Shown here piece by piece: positions 20,529-31,399 of a stretch of DNA of 64,000 nt. Under the pieces are notes generated by a model. That model was given only the letters and a program-made list of their open reading frames with translations, did no database searches and had not been told where the DNA came from. Source of the DNA: Candidatus Zixiibacteriota bacterium (GTDB lineage Bacteria > RBG-13-66-14 > B26-G2 > WVWN01); NCBI GenBank assembly GCA_050117845.1, contig JASFLY010000008.1, positions 32,001 through 96,000 of the forward strand, given 5' to 3'. Position 1 is the stretch's first letter; each line of letters starts with the position of its first letter. The position numbers and the translations under genes were made by a program.

Positions 20529-22397
20529 ATGCGGGTAACCGAATTCCGTATTAAGAATTACAAGTCGATAATAGACACCGGGTGGTGCGAATTAGCGAAA
20601 GATATCACGGTTTTAGCCGGGAAGAACGAAGCCGGAAAGACAGCCGTTTTAGAAGCGTTGAGGGATTTCGACCCGAGGATAGAAGAAATAAGCGCTGAAG
20701 CATACCCTAAGCACAGGCAAGGGGTGCCGGAAATAGGAATTAAACTCGAAACGGGGAGAGAAGAAATCGATAGAATATTAAACGGGGCCGATCTGAACGT
20801 CGATTATAAAGCAGCGAAAGAAATAGCGGCCAAAGGGATAGTAATCTGCAGAGACCCGGACGGTTATTATTTAACTAACGATACTATTATTGGGGGGCTT
20901 TCCTTTAAGGAAGAGCACGAAAACAGTGCTTATAGAGACAGTATCCTTAGTTTGACTAATCTGATTAATTCTATTTATAGTAAATACGGTAGGCATTTCG
21001 AAATAGAATTAGGTGAAACGAAAGAAGAAGCCAGGAATGCGGTTACTCAAACAGTATTCCCTTTAAAAAGCCAGTTGACTATCATACCTGATATAGGGGA
21101 AAGAAATCGCGCGAATATTCTATTCGAAAAACTCGAAGGTTTCCTAGATACCAAAGAAAGCGAAAACGAAGACGCGCACGGAAAATTCGCGACGGCGGTA
21201 GCAGAAAATATCCCTAAGGTCGTATTCTTTAGTACCTTCGACGATATTTTGCCCGATGAGATAAGCTTGGAAAAAGCCTCTAATACCGAAATTGTATTAG
21301 ATTTCGCAAAAATTGCTGGGCTTGATTTCGATTCGGTTAGAAGAACTGACGACGCCCAAGATAAGCGTAATTTATTCAGCAAGGCTTCGGCAAAATTGTC
21401 CGGTTATTTCGGGGGTTTTTACACGCAAAGCAATGTAGAAATAACGGCAGAGTTAGAAGTCGATACTATAAGGTTTTGGGTAGTGGAAGAGGGTGGCCCT
21501 ACGCATTATAAAACCACGCAACGGAGTAAAGGTTTCCAGTGGTTTTTATCTTTCTTCTTACGTTTGCGCGCGAGAGGAGGCGAAGATAATATGATATTAA
21601 TCGATGAGCCGGGTTTATATCTCCACGCGAAAGCTCAACAAGACGTTTTAAAAGTACTAACGAAAACCGCTACTAACGGCCAATTAATATATAGTACGCA
21701 TTCGCCCTATCTCATCGACGCAGGCCGCTTAGATAGGGTTAGATTATTGGTTAATAAGAAAGATATTGGTTCTGAAATAATAAACGAAATACATAAAGAA
21801 GCGGACCAAGAAACTCTAACGCCAATTTTGACTGCGATAGGCTTAGATTTAACTTTCGGTTTGAATTTATTCGGGGATTTCAACGTAGTTACTGAAGGCC
21901 CGTCTGATTATTATTACCTATTGAGTTTCAAGAACATCCTTAAAGAACGGGGGGATTTTAGTATTATACCCTGTATGGGTGGTACTAAGACTCCTCATTT
22001 AGTATCGCTTTTAATAGGATGGGGTTTTAATTATTGTGTTGTATTGGATAACGATCCAACCGGCAAGAGAGTTAGTAACCAGATGCAGAAAAGACTCCCC
22101 GTTGAAGGGGAACGATTCGTATTCGCTGGCCCGATTGTAGGTGATTCGATAGAAGATTTATTCGCTATTGAAGACTTTAAAAAATACGTTCTCGAGGACG
22201 ATACCGTTAAAATCGCGAAAGGTAAAATATCTGGATTCCTGAAAGCTAGCAATATAAAAAAAGTCTTAATTGCAAAACGGTTTTTCGAAAAAACATTAAA
22301 AAACGGCCGTAAAATAAAACTTACACAAGAAACGAAAGCGAACTTCGCCGGCCTCCTGGGTCAGGTCCTCGCGGTAAAGAAAAAGTACAAACGTTGA
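20529..22397 (+). CDS. OLD-family ATP-dependent nuclease (ABC-type ATPase + TOPRIM)
   Basis: IKNYKSI, GKNEAGKT Walker A, RSKGFQWF, LIDEPGLYLH, YSTHSP, TOPRIM VTEGPSD and LDND; markedly AT-rich. Confidence 0.85.
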   Translation: MRVTEFRIKNYKSIIDTGWCELAKDITVLAGKNEAGKTAVLEALRDFDPRIEEISAEAYPKHRQGVPEIGIKLETGREEIDRILNGADLNVDYKAAKEIAAKGIVICRDPDGYYLTNDTIIGGLSFKEEHENSAYRDSILSLTNLINSIYSKYGRHFEIELGETKEEARNAVTQTVFPLKSQLTIIPDIGERNRANILFEKLEGFLDTKESENEDAHGKFATAVAENIPKVVFFSTFDDILPDEISLEKASNTEIVLDFAKIAGLDFDSVRRTDDAQDKRNLFSKASAKLSGYFGGFYTQSNVEITAELEVDTIRFWVVEEGGPTHYKTTQRSKGFQWFLSFFLRLRARGGEDNMILIDEPGLYLHAKAQQDVLKVLTKTATNGQLIYSTHSPYLIDAGRLDRVRLLVNKKDIGSEIINEIHKEADQETLTPILTAIGLDLTFGLNLFGDFNVVTEGPSDYYYLLSFKNILKERGDFSIIPCMGGTKTPHLVSLLIGWGFNYCVVLDNDPTGKRVSNQMQKRLPVEGERFVFAGPIVGDSIEDLFAIEDFKKYVLEDDTVKIAKGKISGFLKASNIKKVLIAKRFFEKTLKNGRKIKLTQETKANFAGLLGQVLAVKKKYKR

Positions 22398-22474
22398 GGT
22401 TATCGATTAATCGGTTTAAATACGGCTCGAAGGGGCCCGCGAGTTAGCCTAACTGCACGATTAGGTAATCCCTC

Positions 22475-23020
22475 GTATTCGACCGCCACAAACACCACCG
22501 CCGGTCCGTCCGCCTCCGCGGTTACGATTATTCGTGGCCGGGGGCGTATTACGTGACCATCTGCACCTACGGCCGGGAATGCGTGTTCGGCGCCGTCCGC
22601 GGCCGAGCGGCCCGGTTGAACGAATACGGCCGCGTCGCCCGCGACGAATGGTTGCGTTCGGCGGCGGTGCGGGATGAAATCGAATTGGACGCGTTCGTGA
22701 TAATGCCGAACCACGTCCACGGCATCGTCATCATCACCGGCGACCCGGTGGTAGGGGCGACCGGCCGGTCGCCCCTACATGATACCGCCGGCCGACCGCG
22801 GGGGCCGGCCAAACGTTCGTTATCGTCGTTCATCGGCGGATACAAACCCGCCGTCACCCGCCGCGTCAACGCGCTACGCGATTCGCCGGGGGCGCGGGTG
22901 TGGCAACGCAATTATTACGAACACATAATCCGGGACGACGACGAATTAGGCCGCATCCGCGGTTACATGATAACGAACCCCGGCCGCTGGGCCGACGACG
23001 AATATTATATAAATACGTAG
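22475..23020 (+). mobile_element. REP-associated tyrosine transposase (RAYT, HUH/Y1); no canonical start for the full-length frame
   Basis: In-frame HHRRSVRLRGYDYSWPGAYYVTICT upstream of the called GTG; MPNHVHG, WQRNYYEHIIR, YMITNP; in-frame TAA at 22466. Confidence 0.85.
22751..22778. repeat. REP palindrome inside RAYT (GTAGGGGCGACCGGCCGGTCGCCCCTAC)
   Basis: Perfect GTAG-terminated palindrome, translated in frame as VGATGRSPL. Confidence 0.85.
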
Positions 23021-23044
23021 GGACGCACCGCCGTGCGCCCGTAC
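23017..23044. repeat. REP palindrome overlapping the RAYT stop codon
   Basis: GTAGGGACGCACCGCCGTGCGCCCGTAC. Confidence 0.75.
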
Positions 23045-23111
23045 AATATAATGCCCCGCGAATTTTTGATTGCGCCCGTCCGGGCGTTTTATTATTATGC
23101 AATATCCGACG

Positions 23112-25454
23112 ATGAACGCGAATAAAGAAAAACAGGCTATCCTGGCGCAGTCGGCGGTCCTGGCGCGGCGGTGGGGTTTGCGGATCGACCCGGAGGAACT
23201 CGCCCGGGTGTGGGAACTGCTGGACCGTCCCCCCACCAAGGTGGAGGGCTACCTCTTCGACGTGGCCTGGTCCGAGCACTGCTCGTACAAATCGAGCAAG
23301 CGCATACTCCGCCGCTACCTCCCGACGCGCGCGCCCAACGTCGTCTGCGGCCCCGGGCAGGACGCCGGCATCGTCCGCGTCTTCCGGGAGGGCGGCAAGT
23401 CGTACTGCGTGGCCGTCGCGCACGAGAGCCACAACCACCCGTCGCAGGTCCTCCCGCTGGAGGGCGCGGCCACGGGCATCGGCGGCATCGTCCGGGACGT
23501 CTATTGCATGGGGGCCGAGGTCGTGGCGGCGCTGGACCCCCTGCGCTTCGGCTCGACGAAGGGCGATAACGCCAAACGCAGCCAGGCCATCGCTCGCGGC
23601 GTGGTGGAGGGCATCTGGCGCTACGGGAACGCGATAGGCGTTCCCAACGCCGGCGGCGACGTCTACTTCGATTCCGGCTTCGACGAGAACTGCCTCGTGA
23701 ACGTCGTGGCGATAGGCGTGGTCGAGGAGGACGCCGTCGTCCCGAGCAGCGTCCCGCCCCAGGCCCGCGACCAGCACTACGTCATCATCCTCGTCGGCAA
23801 ACCGACCGACGACTCCGGCGTGGGCGGCGCGTCGTTCGCCTCCGCCGTGCTGGACGAGGAAGAGGACGTGGAGAACAAGGCCGCGGTGCAGGTCCCGGAC
23901 CCCTTCCTGAAACGGGTCCTCGCGGTCGCGATGAAGGAAATGTTCGGCCGTGCCCGGGAGAAGGGCGTCGCGCTCGGCGTCAAGGACCTCGGCGCCGGGG
24001 GCCTCGGCGGCGCGGCCTCCGAGCTATGCGCGGCCGGCCGCATCGGCGGCACCATCGACCTCGACAAGGTCCCCCGGGCCATCGAGGACCTCGACCCGGC
24101 CATAGTCGCCGTGGGCGAGACGCAGGAGCGCTACGTCATCGCCGCGCCGGCCTTCTTCGCCGACGAAATCCTGGCCATTTTCAACGACGAATTCGAGATC
24201 CCGCGGGTCTTCCCGGGCGCCCAGGCCGTCGTCATCGGCGAGGTCATGGAGGAGAAATACTTCCGTTTGACGTCGCGGGGCGAGGTCGTGGCCGAGGTCC
24301 CGCTGGAGGTCGTGTCCACCGCGCCCAGCTACCGCCGGGAGGCCCAGGCGCCGGCGGCCCCGCTGGAGTTCGTGCGGCTCAAGCCCCCGCAGTACCTGGC
24401 CGAGACCCTTCTTAATCTGCTCGAGGCGCCGAACGTCTGTTCGCGCCGGCCGCTCTACGAGCATTACGACCGCAACGTTCAGGGCCACACCGTCGTCGAG
24501 GCGGGCGAGGCCGACGCCGCGGTCCTCGCGCCGTGGCCCGGCAAGAGCGCCGGCATCGCGCTCGCCTGCGACGGCAACCCCTATATCGGCGAACTCGACC
24601 CCTACGCCGGCGGGGCCCACGCCGTGCTCGAGGCCTGCCGCAACGTCGTCGCCGTGGGCGGCACGCCGGTCGCGGTAACAGACTGCCTCAACTTCGGCAA
24701 CCCCGAGGACCCGAAGGTCTTCTGGACCTTCGAGGAGGCCGTCCGCGGCATCGGCGACGCGTGCCGGGGGTTGGGACTGCGCGGCACCGACGCGCCCCTT
24801 CCGGTCGTGTCCGGGAACGTTTCCTTCTACAACGAGTCCGCCCGCGGCGTCGCCATCAAGCCGTCGCCCATAGTGTGCGTTATAGGTTTCCTGGAGGACT
24901 ACGCCCTCGCAGTAACGTCGCAGTTCCAGGAGGCCGGGAACCCGGTCTACCTCGTGGGCCGGCGATGGGGCGAGCTCGGCGGCAGCCAGTACTACCAGCT
25001 CCGCGGCCGACTGGGTTGGCCGGCGCCGATGCCCCGCTTCGGCGAGGAACGCCAGATGCATGAGGCGGTGCTGGAGCTTATCGAGACGAAGTGCCTGGCC
25101 GCGGCGCACGACATCGCCGACGGCGGCCTGGCGGTTTGCCTGGCCGAGATGGCGGTCCGCCCCACGGAAGGGCCGGGCCTCGGCTGCGAGGTCGACATAA
25201 GCCCGGCCATGGGCTCCACGCCGCCGGACGGGGTGCTCTTCTGCGAGAACGGCGGCTTCGTGCTCGAAGTGCGGCGCGGTTCCGTGGAGGCGGCGGAACT
25301 CATCCTGAATAACGCCGGCGTCGACTGGTGGCGCGTGGGCGAGGTCAAGACCGAACCCAAGCTGACGATACGCGAACGAGAGGCCGTCTTCATCGAGCTG
25401 TCCACGGCCGACGTGGCCGAGGCCCGGGGCGAAGTCCTTAAAGGATATTTTTAG
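23112..25454 (+). CDS. purL: Phosphoribosylformylglycinamidine synthase subunit PurL
   Basis: WSEHCSYKSS, ESHNHPS, GAATGIGGIVRD, DLGAGG, DCLNFGNP, VSGNVSFYN. Confidence 0.96.
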   Translation: MNANKEKQAILAQSAVLARRWGLRIDPEELARVWELLDRPPTKVEGYLFDVAWSEHCSYKSSKRILRRYLPTRAPNVVCGPGQDAGIVRVFREGGKSYCVAVAHESHNHPSQVLPLEGAATGIGGIVRDVYCMGAEVVAALDPLRFGSTKGDNAKRSQAIARGVVEGIWRYGNAIGVPNAGGDVYFDSGFDENCLVNVVAIGVVEEDAVVPSSVPPQARDQHYVIILVGKPTDDSGVGGASFASAVLDEEEDVENKAAVQVPDPFLKRVLAVAMKEMFGRAREKGVALGVKDLGAGGLGGAASELCAAGRIGGTIDLDKVPRAIEDLDPAIVAVGETQERYVIAAPAFFADEILAIFNDEFEIPRVFPGAQAVVIGEVMEEKYFRLTSRGEVVAEVPLEVVSTAPSYRREAQAPAAPLEFVRLKPPQYLAETLLNLLEAPNVCSRRPLYEHYDRNVQGHTVVEAGEADAAVLAPWPGKSAGIALACDGNPYIGELDPYAGGAHAVLEACRNVVAVGGTPVAVTDCLNFGNPEDPKVFWTFEEAVRGIGDACRGLGLRGTDAPLPVVSGNVSFYNESARGVAIKPSPIVCVIGFLEDYALAVTSQFQEAGNPVYLVGRRWGELGGSQYYQLRGRLGWPAPMPRFGEERQMHEAVLELIETKCLAAAHDIADGGLAVCLAEMAVRPTEGPGLGCEVDISPAMGSTPPDGVLFCENGGFVLEVRRGSVEAAELILNNAGVDWWRVGEVKTEPKLTIREREAVFIELSTADVAEARGEVLKGYF

Positions 25455-25491
25455 CTAACGTTCCCCGCGCGGCGGGTTAAGGAATAATATA

Positions 25492-26274
25492 GTGTCACCA
25501 CGTAAAAAGCCCAAGATAGCGGTAGTCCAGTTCCCGGGCGTGAACTGCGAGTTCGAGACGGCCCGGGCGATAGAGGCCGCCGGCGGCCTGGCGGAGGTCG
25601 TGCGCTTCAACCTCCCCGCGGAGGAGATACGGCGCTACGACGGCTACGCCCTGCCCGGCGGCTTCGCCTACGAGGACCGCGTCCGCGCCGGGGCCGTCGC
25701 CGCCAAGGACGCCGTCGTCGACGTCCTGGCGGGGGAGGCCGGCCGGGGCAAACCGCTGCTCGGGATTTGCAACGGCGCGCAGGTGCTTGTCGAGGCCGGC
25801 CTGGTGCCGGGGCGCCAACCGGGCCACGTCGAGATGGCGCTCGCCCACAACCGCCACCCCTACCATACAGGCTTCCTCAACCGCTGGGTATTCTGCCGGC
25901 ACGAGGAGTCGGGCGACGTGCTGCCGCTCCCCATCGCGCACGGCGAGGGCCGCTTCGCCTGCGGCGACGACGATACGCTGGCCGCGGTGGAGGAGGGGGA
26001 CAAGGTTTACCTCCGCTACGTCGACGAGGCCGGCGATACGGCCGGCGGGGAAGACAACCCCAACGGCTCGGCGCTGGACGCCGCCGGCATCAGTTCGTTC
26101 ACGGCCCCGGCGATAGCGATAATGCCCCACCCGGAGCGCGCGAGCTGGCTCTTCCAGCTGCCGCGTTACCTGGAGGGGCCCTGGGGCCTCAAGCGCCGCC
26201 GGGCCGCCGGCAAGGAATTGCTCGAGGCGGGGCCGGGGCGTCGCGTTTTCGAAGACTTTTTAAAGCTCGTCTAA
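25492..26274 (+). CDS. purQ: FGAM synthase glutaminase subunit PurQ
   Basis: FPGVNC, PGGFAYED, GICNG.Q, PIAHGEG, NPNGS, MPHPER. Confidence 0.95.
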   Translation: MSPRKKPKIAVVQFPGVNCEFETARAIEAAGGLAEVVRFNLPAEEIRRYDGYALPGGFAYEDRVRAGAVAAKDAVVDVLAGEAGRGKPLLGICNGAQVLVEAGLVPGRQPGHVEMALAHNRHPYHTGFLNRWVFCRHEESGDVLPLPIAHGEGRFACGDDDTLAAVEEGDKVYLRYVDEAGDTAGGEDNPNGSALDAAGISSFTAPAIAIMPHPERASWLFQLPRYLEGPWGLKRRRAAGKELLEAGPGRRVFEDFLKLV

Positions 26275-26291
26275 GAGAAGAGGTAAGGATT

Positions 26292-27230
26292 ATGAGAGCG
26301 CTGGTTACGGGCGGTGCGGGGTTTATAGGCCGCCACCTGGTCGGCTGGCTGTTGGGCCGAGGGTGCGACGTACTCGCGCTCGACAACCTGTCGAACGGCT
26401 CGGCCGGCAACCTGGAGGAGTTCGGGGGCGAGGCCGGGTTCGCCGGCCTCCTCGAGGGGGACGTGTGCGACGAGGACATCTGGGCCAGCCTGACCGGCCA
26501 ACGCTTCGACAGCATCTACCACCTCGCGGCCGCCATCAACGTCCAGGACTCCATCGACGACCCGGCCCGGACGTTCAACTCCGACGTCGTCGGGACCTTC
26601 CGGGCCCTCGAGTTCGCCCGGGCGCAGAACAGCCGCTTTATCTATATCTCGACCTGCCTGGTTTACGCGCCGGCGGTGGACGGCACGCCCATCACCGAGC
26701 GTTACCCCACGCGCCCCGCTTCCCCCTACGCCGCGGCCAAGCTGGCGGGCGAGAACCTGACCCTCTCCTATTACCACGCTTACGGCCTGCACGCCCTCAT
26801 CCTTCGCCCTTTCAACACCTACGGCCCCTACCAGCGGACCGACGGCGAGGGCGGCGTCGTCGTAACGTTCCTGAATCAATACTTGAAGGGCGAGCCGCTG
26901 GTCGTCTTCGGCGACGGCCGCCAGACGCGCGACCTCCTTTACGTCGACGATTGCGCCGACCTCATAGGCAGGGCCGGCGAGTCGAACGCCGCCGGGTCCG
27001 TCATCAACGGCGGCCTGGGTCAGGAAATAGAGATTCGCAACCTGGCCCGCAAGATAGCGGGGAACGAGGACGGCGTAAAATTCGCCGCGCATCCCCACTC
27101 CCAGGCCGAAGTGTGGCGGCTGGTTTGCGACAACGCCAAGGCGGCCCAACTCCTCGACTGGCGGCCCACCACCTCCCTCGACGAGGGCATCGCCAGGACG
27201 CGCGCGTGGATGGAAGAGCGTATAGGCTGA
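26292..27230 (+). CDS. NAD-dependent epimerase/dehydratase (extended SDR)
   Basis: MRALVTGGAGFIG, YAAAK, RPFNTYGP, GDGRQTRD. Confidence 0.92.
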   Translation: MRALVTGGAGFIGRHLVGWLLGRGCDVLALDNLSNGSAGNLEEFGGEAGFAGLLEGDVCDEDIWASLTGQRFDSIYHLAAAINVQDSIDDPARTFNSDVVGTFRALEFARAQNSRFIYISTCLVYAPAVDGTPITERYPTRPASPYAAAKLAGENLTLSYYHAYGLHALILRPFNTYGPYQRTDGEGGVVVTFLNQYLKGEPLVVFGDGRQTRDLLYVDDCADLIGRAGESNAAGSVINGGLGQEIEIRNLARKIAGNEDGVKFAAHPHSQAEVWRLVCDNAKAAQLLDWRPTTSLDEGIARTRAWMEERIG

Positions 27231-27301
27231 TTCCTATCCTATTCCGATAAATGACGCCGGCGCCCGTGGGGCGCCGGTTTTTTATGCGTATTCGACGGGT
27301 C

Positions 27302-27329
27302 GTGGGGGCGACTGGCCAGTCGCCCCTAT
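27302..27329. repeat. REP palindrome
   Basis: GTGGGGGCGACTGGCCAGTCGCCCCTAT, same family as 22751. Confidence 0.8.
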
Positions 27330-27382
27330 CCCGATCGGTTAAAAACGGCGGCCTAAAGGCCGCCGCTTCGATTATTATATGA

Positions 27383-27439
27383 GTACCACCGACATTCCTG
27401 TCGGTGATTAAGGTTCACCGGCAAGAATGCCGGTGCCAC
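27383..27439. repeat. REP doublet (REPIN-like) overlapping the 3' end of pta
   Basis: GTACCACCGACATTCCTGTCGGTGA and its inverted variant TCACCGGCAAGAATGCCGGTGCCAC. Confidence 0.75.
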
Positions 27440-28430
27440 GTTGCGTCGCCGTTATCGCGACGACGTCGACGATATCGTCGGTCTTGGCGCCGCGGCTGAG
27501 GTCGTTCATCGGTTTCGCCAGGCCCTGCGTAATGGGCCCCACGGCCCGGGCTCCCGCCAACCGTTCGACCAACTTGTAGCCGATGTTCCCGGCGTTAAGG
27601 TCCGGGAAGATGAGGACGTTGGCCCGGCCGGCCACCGGCGAGGCCGGGGCCTTGCGCTCCGCGACCGACGGGATGACGGCGGCGTCCAGTTGCAGCTCAC
27701 CGTCGACGTCGAGGTCCGGCGCCTTCTGCCGCGCGATTTCGACGGCCCGGCGGACCTTGTCCACGGACTCGTGTTCGCCCGAGCCCTTGGTGCTGAACGA
27801 CAGCAGGGCGACGGCCGGGTCGGTGCCCGTCAGTTGCCGGAAGGAGCGGCCTGTGGTCGTCGCGACGTCGGCCAGCTGCTCCGCGTTCGGCTCCACGAGA
27901 AGGGCGCAGTCGGCGAAGAAAATAACGCCCTTCTCGCCGAACTTCGGGTTGCCGGTTATCATCGCGAAGAAGGTGGAGAGGGTATCGACTCCGGGGGCGA
28001 GGCCGACGAGGTGCAACGCGGCCCGCATAACCGTCGCGGTGGCCGTGGCGGCGCCGCCGACGACGGCGTCCACGTCTCCCCGGCGCAGAAGGTACGCGCC
28101 GAAGAACATCGGCTCGAGGACCGTGGCGGACGCCTCTTCCGGCGTCAGGCCCTTGTGTTTACGGAGTTCGAAGTATTCGCCGGCGGCCTCCTCGCGCAGG
28201 GGGTCCTCGGCCGGGATCACCAGCGTGAATCGGCTCAGGTCGGCTTGGCATTTGGCGGCGGCGGCTTCCGCGGACGGGAGGTCGCGCGTAATCAGCGTCA
28301 CTTCCCGGGCGAAACCGGCGTCGAGGGCCCGGGCGCCGGTGGCGACGATGCGTTCGTCGTGGCCCTCCGGCAGGCAGAGGCGAATAGGCGCTCGGGCGGC
28401 TTTCTCGCGTATGTGACTTAGAAAAGGCGT
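27408..28430 (-). CDS. pta: Phosphate acetyltransferase; apparent ACG start
   Basis: [48 protein letters not shown]; in-frame N-terminal [17 protein letters not shown] upstream of the called GTG. Confidence 0.92.
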   Translation of the reverse strand, partial: TPFLSHIREKAARAPIRLCLPEGHDERIVATGARALDAGFAREVTLITRDLPSAEAAAAKCQADLSRFTLVIPAEDPLREEAAGEYFELRKHKGLTPEEASATVLEPMFFGAYLLRRGDVDAVVGGAATATATVMRAALHLVGLAPGVDTLSTFFAMITGNPKFGEKGVIFFADCALLVEPNAEQLADVATTTGRSFRQLTGTDPAVALLSFSTKGSGEHESVDKVRRAVEIARQKAPDLDVDGELQLDAAVIPSVAERKAPASPVAGRANVLIFPDLNAGNIGYKLVERLAGARAVGPITQGLAKPMNDLSRGAKTDDIVDVVAITATQRGTGILAGEP

Positions 28431-28506
28431 AGTCGACCCTCCTCGGGATTGGAAGGTAAAAAGAGCGGGTTAAGCATTATTCAAAGAACGGACAGGGCGG
28501 GGCGGC

Positions 28507-30585
28507 CTAGAGGACTTCCGCGCCCGCCGGGAGGTCGCCGTCGACGACCAGGATTTTTACCACGTCGTGATGTTGGGCCGCGAGGAGCATACCCCGCGAT
28601 TCCTCGCCCCGTATCTTGGCGGGCTGCATGTTCTTCACGATGATTATCTTCCGACCGGCCAACGCTTCGGGTTCGTACCAGGGCGCGATGCCGGCTACGA
28701 CCGGCCTTTCTTCGCCGCCGAGGTCCACGGTCATCTTGAGGAGCTTGTCCGCCCCGGCGACTCGTTCACACGTTTTCACTTCGGCTACTACCAACCCCAA
28801 TTTCTTAACGTCGTCTATAGTTACGTACGTTTCGGTCATATCCTCCTCCGGCGGTTTACCCGATTCTTCGGCCGCGGTTTTTTCCTTTGTGTTTTCCTCG
28901 GCCGGCGTCCCGTCGCGTTGCTGTAGCGCGGCCACGTGGGATTCGACGCGGCCTTCGTCTATTTTCTCGATCAGTATTTTAATCTCGCCCAGGGGCGCCC
29001 CTTCCGGGATGGCCGGCGTTTTGGCCTGCTCCCAGGTAAGCGGCGCCGCGAGGGAAAGCATCCTTCTTATCTCTTCGGCGGCGAGGGGCGTGAACGGCTC
29101 GAACGCGGTCGCGAGAGAGGCGGCCAGGCGGCAGGACACGTTCAATATGGCCTCGGCCCGCGGCCTGTCCGTCTTGCGCCGGGCCCAGGGCTCCTCGTCG
29201 TTGTAATACTTATTGGCCGCCCGGGCGATTTCGAGCGCGGCGGCGAGAGCGGCCCGCATCTCGTATTTCTCGATGTGCGCGGCCTCAACCTCGAGTTGCC
29301 GGCTCGCCGTCGCGAGAAGGGCCTCGTCGCTTGCGGTTAACGCGCCGGCCCGCGGCACCTCGTTGCCGAGGTAGTTTTTGATAAAGGTGAGCGAGCGGTT
29401 GACGAAGTTCCCGAAGATGTCGGCCAGCTCCGAGTTCACGCGCGTCGCCATATCGGCGAAGGAGAAGTCGGCGTCCTTCGTCTCGGGCGCGTTGGCCGTC
29501 AGGTAGTAGCGCAGCGCGTCCACCTGGAAGTCGGCCACCGCGTCCTCGGCCCAGACGGCCCAGTTGCGGCTGGTCGAGATCTTGCGGCCCTCGAGGTTGA
29601 GGAACTCGTTGGCCGGAATCTGGAAGGGGAGGTTGTAGTTTTCCGGCTGGCCCATGAGCATCGCCGGCCAGACGATGGCGTGGAAGACGATATTGTCCTT
29701 GCCGATGAAGTGGACGACCTTCGAGTCCGGGTCGAGCCAGTAGTCCCGCCACTTCTCCGGTTCGCCGCGTTTCCGGGCCCACTCGATAGTCGAGCTAACG
29801 TAGCCGATGGGGGCGTCGAACCAGACGTAGAGGACCTTGCCCGCGGCCTCTTCCAGCGGCACCGGGACGCCCCAGTCGATGTCGCGGGTGATGGCCCGGT
29901 CGGCGAGGCCCTCGTCCAGCCAGCTCAGGCAGAACTTGCGGACGTTGTCGCGCCAGTGGGTATTGGCGGCCAGCCACTCCCGCAGGCGGGCGGCGAACTT
30001 CGGCAGCTCGAGGTACCAGTGGGTCGTCTTCCGGGCGACCGGGGGGCCGTCGCAGATTTTGCAGCGGGGGTCTTCGAGTTCGGTCGCGGCCAGCCAGCGG
30101 CCGCAGCTCTCGCACTGGTCGCCGCGGGCGTCGGGACAGCCGCAATGGGGGCAGGTACCCTCGACGTAACGGTCCGGCAGGAAGCGGCCGCAGTTCTCGC
30201 AGTACAGTTGTTCCGTCTCCCGGGCGGTGATGTAGCCGCCGCGGTACAGGTTCGTGAAGAACTCCTGCGCCCGGGGGTAATGTATATCCCGAAGGGTCGT
30301 GCGGCTGTAATTGTCGAAGGTGAAGGCAAAGCCGTCGAAGGCTTTCTGCATCGCCTCGTGGTAGTGGTCGACGAGTCGTTGCGGGGACACGCCCCGGCGT
30401 TCCGCGCTGACGGTTATGGGGACGCCGTGTTCGTCGGACCCGCAGATATAGACGACGTCTTTCCCGGCGAGGCGGAGGTAGCGGACGTACGAGTCGGCCG
30501 GCATGTACGCCCCGGCGAGTTGGCCCACGTGCAGGGGGCCGTTGGCGTACGGCAGGGCGCTGGTTACCAGATATCTTTCGGCCAT
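28507..30585 (-). CDS. metG: Methionyl-tRNA synthetase with C-terminal tRNA-binding domain
   Basis: ALPYANGPLHVG, GSDEHG, Zn knuckles, YVWFDAPIGY, KISTS. Confidence 0.97.
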   Translation of the reverse strand: MAERYLVTSALPYANGPLHVGQLAGAYMPADSYVRYLRLAGKDVVYICGSDEHGVPITVSAERRGVSPQRLVDHYHEAMQKAFDGFAFTFDNYSRTTLRDIHYPRAQEFFTNLYRGGYITARETEQLYCENCGRFLPDRYVEGTCPHCGCPDARGDQCESCGRWLAATELEDPRCKICDGPPVARKTTHWYLELPKFAARLREWLAANTHWRDNVRKFCLSWLDEGLADRAITRDIDWGVPVPLEEAAGKVLYVWFDAPIGYVSSTIEWARKRGEPEKWRDYWLDPDSKVVHFIGKDNIVFHAIVWPAMLMGQPENYNLPFQIPANEFLNLEGRKISTSRNWAVWAEDAVADFQVDALRYYLTANAPETKDADFSFADMATRVNSELADIFGNFVNRSLTFIKNYLGNEVPRAGALTASDEALLATASRQLEVEAAHIEKYEMRAALAAALEIARAANKYYNDEEPWARRKTDRPRAEAILNVSCRLAASLATAFEPFTPLAAEEIRRMLSLAAPLTWEQAKTPAIPEGAPLGEIKILIEKIDEGRVESHVAALQQRDGTPAEENTKEKTAAEESGKPPEEDMTETYVTIDDVKKLGLVVAEVKTCERVAGADKLLKMTVDLGGEERPVVAGIAPWYEPEALAGRKIIIVKNMQPAKIRGEESRGMLLAAQHHDVVKILVVDGDLPAGAEVL

Positions 30586-30736
30586 ATTCCTTCCCGGTTT
30601 GGGGTCTTGTCGCGGAGTCTAACACAGGTGGCGCTGGACGGTCAAACGTTATTAGCCGGGGCCGCGCCCTCGGTGGCATAAAGAAACAGGGGAGCCGGAA
30701 GGCTCCCCTGGTACGTGCTTTTTAGCCTTGTTTCGC

Positions 30737-31399
30737 TTAGAAGTAAAGCGCTTTTACGCGGCCGATGCTCGAAGGAGAGACAGCCGGGTTGTTCTCGTTG
30801 TCCATTACGACGCGCATCATGATGTTGTAGTAACCCGTGCTGTTCGAGTTCGGGGACCAGGTGCCACCGTAGTAAACCCACGAGTGGTTGAGGAAGGTCG
30901 GGTTGTTGTCGACGACGTGCGGGTCGCAGTTCGGGTAGTTGTAGTACTGCTCCATGGCCGGCACGAAAGCCTTGAGGCCGGAGGGGAGTATCCAACCGAC
31001 GGGGATTTCTTTCCAACCGTTCGAACCGGTCGGTACGTACCATTCGGGGCCCCAGAGCATCGAACCCGGGACGCCGCCGGAGAAGGAGTATACGCCGACA
31101 CGGAAGCCGTCCCATACGCCGTTCGGCCAGCTGGGATAGCAGTACAAACGGATCGTGCGGATGTACGGGTAGCTCTTGACGGTGCTAATGTTGAAATCGT
31201 TACCGACATACGTCCCGGCACCGGTGTACCAGGCGATACCGTAGGAACTCGAGCCCGAATCCCAGGACAACTCTACCGTAGCGTCGTTCGCGGGTTCGTT
31301 ATTCGAGAACTCGGGGGGGGCTTTATCGACGGCCATGTCAGCCGCCCAGGCACCGGCTACTAAAGCTAACAGGCCGGCAAACAAAGCAAAATTCTTCAT
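30737..31399 (-). CDS. Secreted protein with conserved C-terminal tail (VSPSSIGRVKALYF)
   Basis: AGGAGG RBS; signal peptide MKNFALFAGLLALVAGAWA; own terminator at about 30685-30711. Confidence 0.8.
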   Translation of the reverse strand: MKNFALFAGLLALVAGAWAADMAVDKAPPEFSNNEPANDATVELSWDSGSSSYGIAWYTGAGTYVGNDFNISTVKSYPYIRTIRLYCYPSWPNGVWDGFRVGVYSFSGGVPGSMLWGPEWYVPTGSNGWKEIPVGWILPSGLKAFVPAMEQYYNYPNCDPHVVDNNPTFLNHSWVYYGGTWSPNSNSTGYYNIMMRVVMDNENNPAVSPSSIGRVKALYF

